Source of the DNA: Methanomassiliicoccaceae archaeon
Lineage (GTDB): Archaea; Thermoplasmatota; Thermoplasmata; Methanomassiliicoccales; Methanomethylophilaceae
Length of the DNA: 64,000 nt
Assembly: GCA_003560875.1 (NCBI GenBank)
Contig: PWJQ01000035.1
Coordinates: 7,182-71,181 of the forward strand
Direction of reading: 5' to 3'
Made by a program: the position numbers and the translations under genes. Below are positions 52,303-62,021 of the stretch, one piece after another (the stretch's first letter is position 1; every line of letters starts with the position of its first letter). The notes below the pieces were generated by a model. It ran no database searches, was not told the DNA's origin, and was given only the letters and a program-made list of their open reading frames with translations.

Positions 52303-54204
52303 TCAGATAGCACGATTATTAACCTTTGCAGCCGCGAAGAAGGCCTCCGCGGCACCGACGGGGTCGGCGGAGGGCATCGACTCCAGCGGGCCCAATGAGG
52401 CGGCGCGGTTGTCGAGTATCACTATGACCCCCCGGTCGGTCTCCGAACGTATGACGCGGCCCATGGCCTGCCTCATCTTCCTCAGGGTGGGGGCTTTCAT
52501 CACATACTCCCAGCCCTTGCGGAACCTCATGTCGTAATAGGTGAGGAGGGCCTGGTTGCGGGCGGACGGTCGCGGGTACGGTATACCGACCAGTATCGCC
52601 ATCTCCATATCGGAGTCGGGGAAGTCCAGGCCTTCGGATATCCTGCCGCCGTAGACGGCGAAGAGGACCGCGCCCTCGGCCTTCCGGAATCTCTCCACGG
52701 TTTCCATGAGTTCAACCTGAGCCATACCCTTTTTCTCAAGATGCACATCGCTCTTGATCCTCTGGACCACTCCGTCACGGATGAAGCGCTCCATCATAAG
52801 GTAGGAGGGGAAGAACACCGCGGTGTTCCTGCCCGTGGAGTCGCAGAGGTCGACCACGTAGTCCTGTATGCGGCGGGTGGTGTCGCGGTCCCTCTGCAGC
52901 ACCTCGTATTTGGTGGTCACATCCTCGGCGTGCAGCACCAGTCTGTTCTCAGGCGGGAAGGGGCTCTTGAAATAACGGGCGGCGGCTTCAACACCCAGTC
53001 CGAGGGAGTCGCGGTACTCGGTTATCGGGTCCAGGGTACCGGACATATGGATGGTGGCATGGCAGTTCAGCAACGGCTCGGCGGCCAAGGATGGATCGAG
53101 GCAGTAGCATTGCAGCGAGGGGTTCTCCCCTCCGGTGACCACCTTGACATAATGCCTCTCGTCCAAGGAGGCGAAGGTCTGCAGGAAGGAACCCAGGATG
53201 AGCATGTAGGACCGCGGCAGGCGGCCGCTCTCCTTACGGGACTCCCTCACCGTCTCACCGTGGTCGCAGAGGCTGCGGTACATCCTCTCCAAGGAGTTGG
53301 AGCTGGTGCGCAGCTCCATCATGAGGCCGGTGGATATCAGATCGGGCGGAATGAGGCCGTCGTCGTCACGCAGATAGTCCTCGGCGGCCTCCAATATCTT
53401 CTCCTCGATGATGTCGGCGATGTCCAAAGCCGATACGCCGTTCATCACCTCCGGGTCTCCGAACTCCTCCACCTCCGCACGTAGCATGCGCAGGTGGTAC
53501 AGACTCAAGGACGATGTCCAGACCTCGCGCAGATAATCGGGGAGGTTGTGGGCCTCGTCCACGATGACCACCGCCTCCTCCATGGAGGCGTTCATCCAAT
53601 ACAGGAAACGGTCGCGTATGAAGGGGACGAAGAAATAATTGTAGGGGGCGACCACCACGTCGGCATAGGGCAGCATGAGTTTCATCATCTCATAGGGACA
53701 GGCACCCCTCTCGGCGCAGATGGCGACGAACTCCTCCACCTGGGGCATCTTCTCGCGGCAGATGGAGAGCATCTCCTCCTCGTCGAACTCCAGGCATCGG
53801 CGGTAGTACTCGCAGCCGCCCTCGCCGGCCATGGCCTTGCGTTTCTGCTCACCGCAGTACTTCGACAGCTCCTCGGAGCTGCCCTTGCTCAACTCCTCGT
53901 CGGAGGCCGCCAGGGGGCAGGTGGAGTTCCGGCCCTGTATGCCCATCGCCAATACGGTCTCCTTCTCGGAAATGCGCCTCGTCTCGATGATGACCTGGCG
54001 CTGCTGCGATTTGGTGCGTGTCATGTACACCACCCTCTTCCCCATCTCCAGGGACGCTTCGAGGGCACCCGCCAGGGAGCAGACGGTCTTACCGGTGCCG
54101 GTGCCGCTCTCGAGGACCAGATGCCCGGCCCCCTGGACCGTGCCACGGACCAGGGAGACGAACTCCTCCTGCTGGTCACGGAGAGGGTAGGGGAAAAGAC
54201 GCAT
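52303..54204 (-). CDS. xpd: XPD/Rad3-family 5'-3' DNA helicase (Fe-S cluster helicase)
   Basis: ESGTGTGKT (Walker A), VIVDEAHNL (DEAH), four-plus Cys in the inserted Fe-S region (STCPL, KYCGEQ, GGCEYY, GACPYE), and C-terminal QAMGRVIR motif VI. Confidence 0.88.
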   Translation of the reverse strand: MRLFPYPLRDQQEEFVSLVRGTVQGAGHLVLESGTGTGKTVCSLAGALEASLEMGKRVVYMTRTKSQQRQVIIETRRISEKETVLAMGIQGRNSTCPLAASDEELSKGSSEELSKYCGEQKRKAMAGEGGCEYYRRCLEFDEEEMLSICREKMPQVEEFVAICAERGACPYEMMKLMLPYADVVVAPYNYFFVPFIRDRFLYWMNASMEEAVVIVDEAHNLPDYLREVWTSSLSLYHLRMLRAEVEEFGDPEVMNGVSALDIADIIEEKILEAAEDYLRDDDGLIPPDLISTGLMMELRTSSNSLERMYRSLCDHGETVRESRKESGRLPRSYMLILGSFLQTFASLDERHYVKVVTGGENPSLQCYCLDPSLAAEPLLNCHATIHMSGTLDPITEYRDSLGLGVEAAARYFKSPFPPENRLVLHAEDVTTKYEVLQRDRDTTRRIQDYVVDLCDSTGRNTAVFFPSYLMMERFIRDGVVQRIKSDVHLEKKGMAQVELMETVERFRKAEGAVLFAVYGGRISEGLDFPDSDMEMAILVGIPYPRPSARNQALLTYYDMRFRKGWEYVMKAPTLRKMRQAMGRVIRSETDRGVIVILDNRAASLGPLESMPSADPVGAAEAFFAAAKVNNRAI

Positions 54205-54262
54205 GTCTATCAGAGAGAATTGTGTTTAAGAAGGGGTTTTCTGAGAGTTGGTCGAAACTGGA

Positions 54263-54715
54263 TCACTCGCGGGTCCAGAACTCTTCCGGTATGTCTTCGT
54301 AGATGGAGTCCGGACCCCTGATGGCATCGGCCTCTTCATCGCTCTTACCGATGAGGTCCAGTATACGGTCACGGCGGAACAGCCAATAATGGATACGCCA
54401 TTCCCTGCCGTCGTAGAGGGTGGTCTCCTCTCTCTCGGTGGTGAGTATTCCAGTGTCCTCGAGCATGTAGAAGGCGTCACGGTCCTCGGGCTCGAGCATG
54501 TTGTCGATGATGCGGTCAGAATATCCGAAGAAATTGAGAATGTGCTGTGCGAGATGCCCGGCCTCCTCGGCGGGCATTCCACGGGTGTCTATTCCGTTCG
54601 TGATGGCCATGGTGAGGTCGTCCGCGGTCAAGGTGGTTCGTTTAGAAAGCTCTACCAAGAACTCCTGTTCTACGGCATCTTCTAGTGTCGGTTTTTCATT
54701 CAAGGTAAATTCCAT
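54263..54715 (-). CDS. Acidic hypothetical protein (150 aa)
   Basis: ATG 54715 (MEFTLNEKP) has a perfect GGAGGA 8 nt upstream. The track ORF starts at an in-frame TTG 54730 that overlaps this SD. No family recognised. Confidence 0.55.
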   Translation of the reverse strand: MEFTLNEKPTLEDAVEQEFLVELSKRTTLTADDLTMAITNGIDTRGMPAEEAGHLAQHILNFFGYSDRIIDNMLEPEDRDAFYMLEDTGILTTEREETTLYDGREWRIHYWLFRRDRILDLIGKSDEEADAIRGPDSIYEDIPEEFWTRE

Positions 54716-54786
54716 ATTTATTTCCTCCAAGGATTATAGTTCCCTCCTGAGAATCGGTAATCGATAGGTGATAGACGTTTCGTTAC

Positions 54787-54798
54787 AATTATTTAAAG
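54787..54798. promoter_or_regulatory. Shared near-palindromic TATA element between divergent genes
   Basis: aattatttaaag (reverse: ctttaaataatt) lies 66 nt from ATG 54859 and 78 nt from ATG 54715. It is the only AT-rich element in the 143-nt divergent spacer. Confidence 0.4.
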
Positions 54799-54858
54799 CT
54801 TATTGTGTGTGTGATCCGCGGAGACAACGAAAAGTTGCTAAACGCGGAGAGCGATGGT

Positions 54859-55152
54859 ATGGCTATGATAGCTTCTTTCAGCATCGTTCCTTTGGACAAG
54901 GGCGAGAGTGTCAGCGAACAGGTCGCCGAGTGTCTGCGGATCGTCCGGGAGAGCGGGCTGTCCCATCGCCTCACACCGATGTCCACCGTCATCGAGGGGA
55001 CATCCGAGGAGGTGATGGCGACCATCATGCGCTGCCATGCGGCGGTGAGGTCGGCCTCCAGCCGGGTGCTCACCCGCATCGACATCGATGACCGTGAAGG
55101 GGTCAGCGATGGCCTCGTCACCAAGATGAGAAGCGTGGAGTCCAAACTCTAG
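54859..55152 (+). CDS. MTH1187/YkoF-family (DUF77) thiamine-binding-like protein
   Basis: MAMIASFSIVPLDKGESVSEQVAECLRIV...GLSHRLTPMSTVIEG shows the family pattern (ferredoxin-like, ~97 aa). The track ORF starts at 54805. Confidence 0.7.
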   Translation: MAMIASFSIVPLDKGESVSEQVAECLRIVRESGLSHRLTPMSTVIEGTSEEVMATIMRCHAAVRSASSRVLTRIDIDDREGVSDGLVTKMRSVESKL

Positions 55153-56744
55153 CGCATGTAGGTCCGCGTCTGCGACAGGCGTATGAAGCGGGCCTCCTCG
55201 AAGCGGTCGAGGCCGTTTATCTCCTCCATGACCTTGTCGGGGACCGCCTCATCGACGGTCATCAGCATCAGAGCGTTCTTCTCCTTCCCCTCGCGGGCGA
55301 CGACCATGCCGGCGATGTTGACGTTGTTCTCGCCGAACATGCGGCCGATCATGCCGATGATGCCGGGACCGTCACGGTAGATGGCCATGAGGAAGTCGGC
55401 GTCCAAGGGTATCTCGATGTTGTATTGGTCGACACCGACGATACGGGCCTGATGACCAGGGAAGACTGTGCCGCGGACCTCTCGGGAGCTGTCGTCGCTG
55501 CCGATGCGGACGCTGAGCATGTTGGTGTAGTGGTCGCACTCGTCGACCTTGGTCTCCACTATCTTGATGCCCTTGCTCTTGGCGATGGACTCGGCGTTGA
55601 TTATGTTGGTGTTGTCACCGACGATGTGGGACAGAACGCCGATCAGAGCGGAGAGGGTGACCATGCGGGTGTTCTTGGAGGCCAGCTCACCATAGCATTT
55701 GACCTCCAGACGGTCGACGGGGCCGGTGCGGCTCTGGAATGCGAAGGATCCCATGCTCTCCGCCAGGGAGACGAATGGTTCGAGTTCCGAGTCCACCTGA
55801 CCACGGGGGGCGTTGACGGCGTTGGATATTATGCCGTCGCGCAGGAACATGAGGACATGCTCCGCCATCTCCACGGAGACCTTCTCCTGGGCCTCGATGG
55901 TGGAGGCGCCGAGATGGGGGGTGGTTATTATGTTGGGCAGTTCGAGGAGCTTGCAGGGCTTCAGCGGCTCCTCCGCGAACACATCGAAGGCCGCCCCGGC
56001 GATGGTGCCGTCGGTCAACGCTTCAGCGAGTGCGTCCTCGTTGACGATGCCGCCACGGGCGACGTTAACGAGCAGCGCATTCTTCTTCATCATCGCGAAC
56101 TGCTCCTTGTCGATCATGTGCTTGGTGGACGGCGTCAGAGGAGCATGGACGGTGATGATGTCCGATTCCGATATGACCTCCTCCAAGGTCGTCAGCTTGA
56201 CGCCGAGCTTCTCGGCGATGTCCTCGGGGAGGAAGGGGTCGTAACCGAGGAGTTTCATCTCGAAGGAGGCGGCGCGCTTGGCCACCTCCGCACCCACGCG
56301 GCCGACGCCGACGATGCCCAGGGTCTTGCCGAAGAGCTCCACGCCGGTGAAGCGCTTCCTCTCCCACTTGCCCTCGTGCACCGACTGATGGGCCCAGACG
56401 ATGTTGCGGGCCAGGGCCATCATCATCGCCAGCGAGTGCTCCGCCGCCGATATGATGTTGGCGGAGGGGGTGTTCATGACCAGTATGCCCTTGGCGGTGG
56501 CCGCCGGCACGTCGACGTTGTCGACGCCGACACCGGCGCGTCCCACGACCTTCAGCTTCTTGCCGCACTCGATGATGCGGGCGGTGATGGTGGTGCCGCT
56601 GCGTATGATCACGCCCTCGTAGTCAGCGATGATCTCGCAGAGTTCGTCCTCGCTCAGTCCCGGCCTCACATCCACGGGTATGCCCGATTCCTTGAGTATG
56701 TTGATGCCCTCCTCGGAGAGGGGGTCGGTAACAAGCAGTTTCAT
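55149..56744 (-). CDS. serA: D-3-phosphoglycerate dehydrogenase with C-terminal ACT domain
   Basis: [12 protein letters not shown]-binding motif, 2-hydroxyacid dehydrogenase catalytic segment ([17 protein letters not shown]), and 531-aa long form with ASB+ACT tail. Confidence 0.9.
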   Translation of the reverse strand: MKLLVTDPLSEEGINILKESGIPVDVRPGLSEDELCEIIADYEGVIIRSGTTITARIIECGKKLKVVGRAGVGVDNVDVPAATAKGILVMNTPSANIISAAEHSLAMMMALARNIVWAHQSVHEGKWERKRFTGVELFGKTLGIVGVGRVGAEVAKRAASFEMKLLGYDPFLPEDIAEKLGVKLTTLEEVISESDIITVHAPLTPSTKHMIDKEQFAMMKKNALLVNVARGGIVNEDALAEALTDGTIAGAAFDVFAEEPLKPCKLLELPNIITTPHLGASTIEAQEKVSVEMAEHVLMFLRDGIISNAVNAPRGQVDSELEPFVSLAESMGSFAFQSRTGPVDRLEVKCYGELASKNTRMVTLSALIGVLSHIVGDNTNIINAESIAKSKGIKIVETKVDECDHYTNMLSVRIGSDDSSREVRGTVFPGHQARIVGVDQYNIEIPLDADFLMAIYRDGPGIIGMIGRMFGENNVNIAGMVVAREGKEKNALMLMTVDEAVPDKVMEEINGLDRFEEARFIRLSQTRTYMR

Positions 56745-57805
56745 GCTATTTCCTCCAATGTCTCGTCCATCTTCTCGATGAGTTCCTTGATGTCGGCGAC
56801 GGTCAGGTCGCCCATGTGACCTATGCGGAAGGTCGTGTCTTTAATCTTTCCGTATCCGTTGGATATCTCGTAGCCCTTCTCCTTGAGGGCGGAGTGGAAG
56901 GTGTCGAAGGGCATGTCGCCCTTGTTGATCACCGAGATGGTGTCGGAACGGAAGCCCTTCTGAGCATACAGTCCGTCACGCCCCTCCGCCCAGGAGTGCA
57001 CCAGGGCCTTCATCTCCTGATGGCGGCGGTAGCGGGCGGGCATGCCCTCGGCGAGCATACGGTCCAGTTGTGCGTCCAAGCCGTACATCAGTGACACCGG
57101 CGGCGTGGTGAGGGCGTAGTTCTCGGTGTTCTTGTTGTGTATCTCGTTGAGATTGAAGTAATACCCAGCGTCCTTGGCGTCCTTGGAGCGCTCCAGAAGA
57201 GGCTCGGAGCAGGCCGCCAATGCGATGCCGGGCGGGAGCGCCAAGGCCTTCTGGGTACCGAAGACCAGGGCATCTATGTCCAGGGAACGGAGCTTGAGGT
57301 CGGTTCCGGCCACGGCGGTCACGCCGTCGACCATGACCAGCGCGTCGCTGCGCTCCTTGATGGCATCCACGATGTCGGCGGTGGGGTTGAGCACACCGGT
57401 GGAGGATTCGTTGCTGACGAAGTGCACAGCGTCCACGGACCCGTCGATGGAGTCCAGGAAATGCTCGGGCATGATGGGTTCGCCCCACGGTGCCTCGGCC
57501 TTGATAACGGTCTTGCCGTTAGACTCGCTGATCTCCTGCCAGCGTTTACCGAAGGAGCCGTTGGACATCCCCAGGGCCTTGCTCCTCACACCGCAGCGGG
57601 AACATCCCTCCAGCAGGCCGGTGGCGGAGGATCCCACAAAGAGTATCTCCATATCGGTGTCCAGCACCTTCCGGGTCTTCTCAACAATGTTCTCGTGGAG
57701 TTTCTTGTACTCCTTGCCGCGATGGATGATCATAGGTTTGGACATGGCCTTGACCAGTTCCTCCCTGACCTCCACGGGACCGACGGTGAACAGCCTGCGA
57801 TTCAC
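56741..57805 (-). CDS. Class V aminotransferase (phosphoserine / serine-pyruvate aminotransferase type)
   Basis: Class V fold-type pattern (FTVGPVEV, SNESSTGV, FGTQKAL with PLP Lys). 4-nt overlap with the serA start suggests a role in serine synthesis. Confidence 0.78.
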   Translation of the reverse strand: MNRRLFTVGPVEVREELVKAMSKPMIIHRGKEYKKLHENIVEKTRKVLDTDMEILFVGSSATGLLEGCSRCGVRSKALGMSNGSFGKRWQEISESNGKTVIKAEAPWGEPIMPEHFLDSIDGSVDAVHFVSNESSTGVLNPTADIVDAIKERSDALVMVDGVTAVAGTDLKLRSLDIDALVFGTQKALALPPGIALAACSEPLLERSKDAKDAGYYFNLNEIHNKNTENYALTTPPVSLMYGLDAQLDRMLAEGMPARYRRHQEMKALVHSWAEGRDGLYAQKGFRSDTISVINKGDMPFDTFHSALKEKGYEISNGYGKIKDTTFRIGHMGDLTVADIKELIEKMDETLEEIA

Positions 57806-57905
57806 AACTACCCTCCTTCATCAATGCCAGCCCTTGCGGGCGACGACTGTGCCCTAAATGTAGAGATGTTATAAAGTTTCCGACAACAGCCAAGCAGTCC
57901 GGGGT

Positions 57906-59060
57906 TCAGAGACGGCGTATGGCGTCGTCGATGCGCGCCAAGCCCTCTTTGATGTGCTCCTCGCTCGCCGCGTAGGAGAGACGGAAGTGCTTCTCACCGC
58001 AGGGGCCGAAGGCGCCTCCCGGCGTCACGGCCACGTGCGCCTTTTTCAGAAGGTGGGTGGCGAAATCCTCGGAGTTCATATCCGCCTCGTACTTGGGGAA
58101 GACGTAGAACGCACCCTTGGGCTTGACGCACTCGATGCCGTTGATGTCATCGATGAGGTCGCAAACCAGGTCGCGGCGCTTCTTGAACTCCTTCACCATC
58201 TCCCTCATCTTGTCCTGCGGACCCTGCAGCGCTTCGACGGCGGCCGGTTGCGTGAAGGAGGTGCAACAGGTCACGGAGTGGGTCTGCAGCTTGTTGACGG
58301 CATTGATGTTCTCATCCGAGGCCACCATCCATCCCAGACGCCATCCGGTCATGGCGTAGGTCTTGGAGAGGCCGTTGATCGTCAGGGTGCGGTCGAACAT
58401 GCCGTCCATGGACGCTATTGAGACGTGCTCGCCCTCGTAGATGATCTTCTCGTATATCTCGTCGGACAGGACCATTATGTCGTTGTCCTGGGCGATGTCG
58501 GCGATGGCCTTGATGTCCTCACGGGACATCACCGAGCCGCAGGGGTTGGAGGGTGAGTTCAGGATTATCATCCTTGTCCGCGAGGTGATGCGCTCGGCGA
58601 CGGCCTCCGGGGACATGGTGAACTCCGTCTCGTCGCTGGTCGGCACGTAGACCGGCCAGGCGCCGGCCAGGCGTATGCAGGCCTCGTAGGTCACCCACGA
58701 GGGGTCGGACAATAGAACCTCGTCCCCTGGGTCAAGGAATGCCAAGGCGGCCATGAAGATGGCGTGCTTGGTCGGCGTGACGAGGACGTTGGACGCCTGG
58801 CAGCCGATGCCGTTCTCGACACGGGTCTTCTCGGCGATGGCCTCGCGTAGCTCAGGTATCCCCAGGGATGGAGTGTACTGGGTGAATTTCTCCTTGAGCG
58901 AACCGATACAGGAATCTATGATGTTGTCGGGGGTGCCGAAATCGGGCTCCCCCATCGAGAACGAAAGGACCTCCACTCCCTCCTGGCGCAACTGGCTCAC
59001 CACGTTGGAGATCTTCACCGTTCCGGAAACCGGGACGCTCTGCAGCCTCTTGGATACCAT
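57906..59060 (-). CDS. Class I/II PLP aminotransferase (aspartate aminotransferase type)
   Basis: SMGEPDFGTPDNI, NSPSNPCG, GLSKTYAMTGWRLG (PLP Lys) and FRLSYA. Confidence 0.85.
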   Translation of the reverse strand: MVSKRLQSVPVSGTVKISNVVSQLRQEGVEVLSFSMGEPDFGTPDNIIDSCIGSLKEKFTQYTPSLGIPELREAIAEKTRVENGIGCQASNVLVTPTKHAIFMAALAFLDPGDEVLLSDPSWVTYEACIRLAGAWPVYVPTSDETEFTMSPEAVAERITSRTRMIILNSPSNPCGSVMSREDIKAIADIAQDNDIMVLSDEIYEKIIYEGEHVSIASMDGMFDRTLTINGLSKTYAMTGWRLGWMVASDENINAVNKLQTHSVTCCTSFTQPAAVEALQGPQDKMREMVKEFKKRRDLVCDLIDDINGIECVKPKGAFYVFPKYEADMNSEDFATHLLKKAHVAVTPGGAFGPCGEKHFRLSYAASEEHIKEGLARIDDAIRRL

Positions 59061-59254
59061 TGACCACCAAAATACCAGAGGGTTACATATCCTTTGTTAT
59101 TCCCTGGCCCGGTTATTGCTCATATCGTAGGAATTATACGATATTCGTTATGATATCTAGAGAGACACTCGTGGCGACGGGGCGGCGCCGGTTTATAAAT
59201 AATGTACTTAAATGTTCATTTGTGTACATATGTGTCCGAAAGTCTTAAGTAAAA

Positions 59255-60193
59255 ATGGACAATAACTCCAATCAGGTGAATTTAATGGCTCTTGAACTCG
59301 ACATGTCAAAACTCCGCCACGGCAGTGACCTCATTAAGAGGGGTTTCGCCAAGATGCAGCAGGGCGGAGTGGTTATGGACGTTACCAACGCCGAACAGGC
59401 GCTCATCGCTGAGGAAGCGGGCGCCGTGGCGGTGATGGCCTTGGAGAGGGTGCCCGCTGACATCAGGGCACAGGGCGGCGTCGCCAGGATGTCCGACCCC
59501 CGCATGATCATTGAGATCATGGAGGCCGTGAGCATACCGGTAATGGCCAAATGCCGTATAGGGCATTTCGTCGAAGCGCAGGTGCTGGAGTCCCTGGGTG
59601 TCGACATGATTGATGAGTCGGAGGTACTGACCCCCGCCGATCCGTTCTACCACGTCGACAAGCGCCCCTTCACCGTGCCCTTCGTATGCGGCGCCCGTGA
59701 CCTCGGCGAAGCCTTGAGGAGGATCGCCGAAGGGACGGCCATGATCAGGACCAAGGGCGAGGCCGGCACCGGTGATGTGGTCGAGGCCGTCAGGCACCAG
59801 AGGACCATCATGGAGGCCGTTCGTTCCCTGAAGGGCATGGAACACCAGGAGATGGCCATGTTCGCCCGGGAGATCGAGGCGCCCTTCGAACTCGTGCAAG
59901 AGGTCGCCGAGCTGCAGAGGCTGCCGGTCATCAACTTCGCCGCCGGCGGGATAGCAACGCCAGCCGACGCCGCCATGATGATGCAGATGGGTAACGACGG
60001 CGTGTTCGTCGGTTCCGGCATCTTCAAGAGCGCCGAGCCGGAGATACGCGCCAAGGCCATCGTCGAGGCTGTCAGCCATTTCGATGACCCCGTGGTGATC
60101 GGCGAGGTGTCCAAGGGACTGGGCGACGCGATGCGCGGCATACAGGCTGAGGACATCGAACTGGAACAGCGCTACGCCGAGCGCGGTTACTGA
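59255..60193 (+). CDS. pdxS: Pyridoxal 5'-phosphate synthase lyase subunit PdxS
   Basis: [55 protein letters not shown] and [12 protein letters not shown]. No pdxT is adjacent. Confidence 0.93.
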   Translation: MDNNSNQVNLMALELDMSKLRHGSDLIKRGFAKMQQGGVVMDVTNAEQALIAEEAGAVAVMALERVPADIRAQGGVARMSDPRMIIEIMEAVSIPVMAKCRIGHFVEAQVLESLGVDMIDESEVLTPADPFYHVDKRPFTVPFVCGARDLGEALRRIAEGTAMIRTKGEAGTGDVVEAVRHQRTIMEAVRSLKGMEHQEMAMFAREIEAPFELVQEVAELQRLPVINFAAGGIATPADAAMMMQMGNDGVFVGSGIFKSAEPEIRAKAIVEAVSHFDDPVVIGEVSKGLGDAMRGIQAEDIELEQRYAERGY

Positions 60194-60206
60194 TACAAAC
60201 CCTTCA

Positions 60207-60235
60207 TTTTTCAACGGGGCTCGGCCCCGTCTTTT
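60207..60235. terminator. Bidirectional hairpin/oligo-T terminator between convergent pdxS and purP
   Basis: cattttTCA-ACGGGGC-tcg-GCCCCGT-CTTTTc. The 7-bp GC-rich stem (60214..60230) is flanked by T4-5 runs on both sides when read on either strand. Confidence 0.55.
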
Positions 60236-60280
60236 CATACCATCCTCTTCAGCAGATGCTTTGAATGATTAGCTAACGAC

Positions 60281-61351
60281 TCAGGACAGGATCTCCGGCA
60301 GGCGGTCCTCTTCGGCGGCCCTCTTGATCTCCATGGCGAGACGTGCGCCGCTGCTCATGCCGGGATGGATCATGTCCGCATACGGCGAGCCGGAGATGAA
60401 GGGGTTGGTACCGGCGACTATGCGTGAGGATATCTCGAAGACCTTGAAATCCAACTTATCAGTGACGATGGACTCCAAGCAGAACGGACCCCATATACCG
60501 CCGAACATCTCGTAGGAGCGCTTGATGATCTTCTCCGCCATGTCGAAGGCCTTGGGCAGAAGCGACTCGCGGATGACCACCGGGACGTTGCCGGTGACCA
60601 CGAAGGAGGGGAAGAGACCGTGGCGCTTCATGTCCTCCTGCGAGCCGAGCTTGTACATCTCATCGATGTTACTCTCGTCACGGCGGTCGATGGACAGCAT
60701 CTCCAGGCTTCCCTCATGGGCGTGATAGCCCTCAGTGGACAGCGGTGAGTAGAAGAAGTGCAGGTAGTACCTCGTTCCCAGGACGTACTCCTGTATGGTG
60801 TACGGTTGCGTATGGTCGATACCCATCTTGAACTCCGCGTAGTCCTTGGCGACGAAGAAGCCACGGCCGCCCTTGGCGCCGTGGTACTTCACCAGCACCG
60901 GCTGGTCGATGTCCCGGGCGTCGTCGATCATCTTGGGCATGGCGACGCCGGCGGAGGTTATCCACTGCCTCTCCATGTCGCGGTCCGACTCCCACTGCAG
61001 AACGGAACGGTTCCCGTACACTGGTATCTCCAGGTTCTGGAACCTCTTGGCCCCCATGTACTCCACGAAGGACCCGTGCGGTATGAGGATGACGTTCTTG
61101 TCCACCAGCTCAGGAGCGCGGGTGAACATCTCATCGAAGTCCTTGAACCTCAGTATCTCGTCCGGCTTCCCCAGCGGGAAGGCGTCGTAGTAACGGGTGT
61201 CATGGTTGACTGTCAGACCCATGGTCTTGAAACCTAGCTTACGTGCACCATGGAAAATCTGCAATGACGAATGAGAGGTGAGTGTGGCGATTGTTATGTC
61301 GTCACGGTCGTATTCGGCAAGAAGTGCGTCAATCCTCTCTTTGGGAACCAT
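60281..61351 (-). CDS. purP: 5-formaminoimidazole-4-carboxamide ribonucleotide (FAICAR) synthetase PurP
   Basis: IATLTSHSSLQIFHGARKLGF N-terminus and ATP-grasp core resemble MJ0136-type PurP. 356 aa. Confidence 0.85.
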   Translation of the reverse strand: MVPKERIDALLAEYDRDDITIATLTSHSSLQIFHGARKLGFKTMGLTVNHDTRYYDAFPLGKPDEILRFKDFDEMFTRAPELVDKNVILIPHGSFVEYMGAKRFQNLEIPVYGNRSVLQWESDRDMERQWITSAGVAMPKMIDDARDIDQPVLVKYHGAKGGRGFFVAKDYAEFKMGIDHTQPYTIQEYVLGTRYYLHFFYSPLSTEGYHAHEGSLEMLSIDRRDESNIDEMYKLGSQEDMKRHGLFPSFVVTGNVPVVIRESLLPKAFDMAEKIIKRSYEMFGGIWGPFCLESIVTDKLDFKVFEISSRIVAGTNPFISGSPYADMIHPGMSSGARLAMEIKRAAEEDRLPEILS

Positions 61352-61391
61352 ATAATAACATGGTGATTTCTGATTTAAAGTTTCGGTCGAC

Positions 61392-61904
61392 TCAAGTCAG
61401 CTCCACACCCCATATGGAGAAGGCGATCATGGTTATTATCACCCTGTTGACGGCAGCCAGGAAGTTGACGTACGCGAAGGGTACCGCCCGTATGGTGCCC
61501 TCATCGTTGAATATCCCGAACAGGTAGACCGGCACGGTGTCCACCATCAGAGGTACGCTGAGTATGAAGTAAAGACCGGCGTAATGGAACTTGACCACCA
61601 GGTAGTTACAGAAGTTGACGAAGGCCTTCGCCAGACCGGTGCTCATCAGACGGCCTTGCATGATCTGGTTGACGTCCTTGCCCAGACGCAGGGCCACCAC
61701 CGCGGCGGCGGCCTTGCCCAGACCGAGGGCGATGGCCTGGAAGAAGACGTTGGTCTCCGGCCCCAGGAACAGGGCGGCCTCCACCGGCAGGGGGAGGGCC
61801 AAGGTGGCAATGAATGTGAACAATGCCAAAAGGAAGAGGTAGAAGACCTCGCTGGTCGTCCCCGCCAATATGTCCATCAGACCGTCCATCGGAACCTCGT
61901 CCAA
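61392..61904 (-). CDS. Integral membrane protein (4-5 TM), function unknown
   Basis: 170-aa hydrophobic ORF with good coding-like periodicity. No motif recognised. Confidence 0.5.
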   Translation of the reverse strand: MDEVPMDGLMDILAGTTSEVFYLFLLALFTFIATLALPLPVEAALFLGPETNVFFQAIALGLGKAAAAVVALRLGKDVNQIMQGRLMSTGLAKAFVNFCNYLVVKFHYAGLYFILSVPLMVDTVPVYLFGIFNDEGTIRAVPFAYVNFLAAVNRVIITMIAFSIWGVELT

Positions 61905-62021
61905 TCATCTGTTAAAAACTATTTACCTTTGACGCATCATTTTCGCCCACCCTTGATGTATTACTTTTAATACGAAACACCTTAACGAATAAAGTCCCCC
62001 GCGACAAGGGAGGAAACTGAA

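Noticed and set aside
54741-54775. TPP-riboswitch-like fragments (CCTGAGAATCGGTAATCGATAGG, reminiscent of the CUGAGA and GG-UAAU-CC elements) upstream of the YkoF/MTH1187 thiamine-binding-like gene.
   Set aside because: Only a partial resemblance exists, with no GGGGUGC/ACCC pairing partners. The segment lies upstream of the only TATA-like element for the plus-strand gene, so it would not be in that transcript. On the other strand it is simply the 5' UTR and SD region of 54263..54715.
55425-56819. 464-aa ORF on the plus strand, antisense to serA. Similar long antisense or alternate-frame ORFs occur at 6206..7210, 12593..13258, 24481..25251, 27609..28514, 49133..49798, 53494..54321, 57137..57874 and 59306..60238.
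   Set aside because: All lie opposite to, or out of frame with, genes that have unmistakable conserved motifs. Their translations are low-complexity and rich in Gly, Arg, His and Asp, as expected from stop-codon depletion in ~60% GC DNA. None has a recognisable motif or SD/TATA signal.
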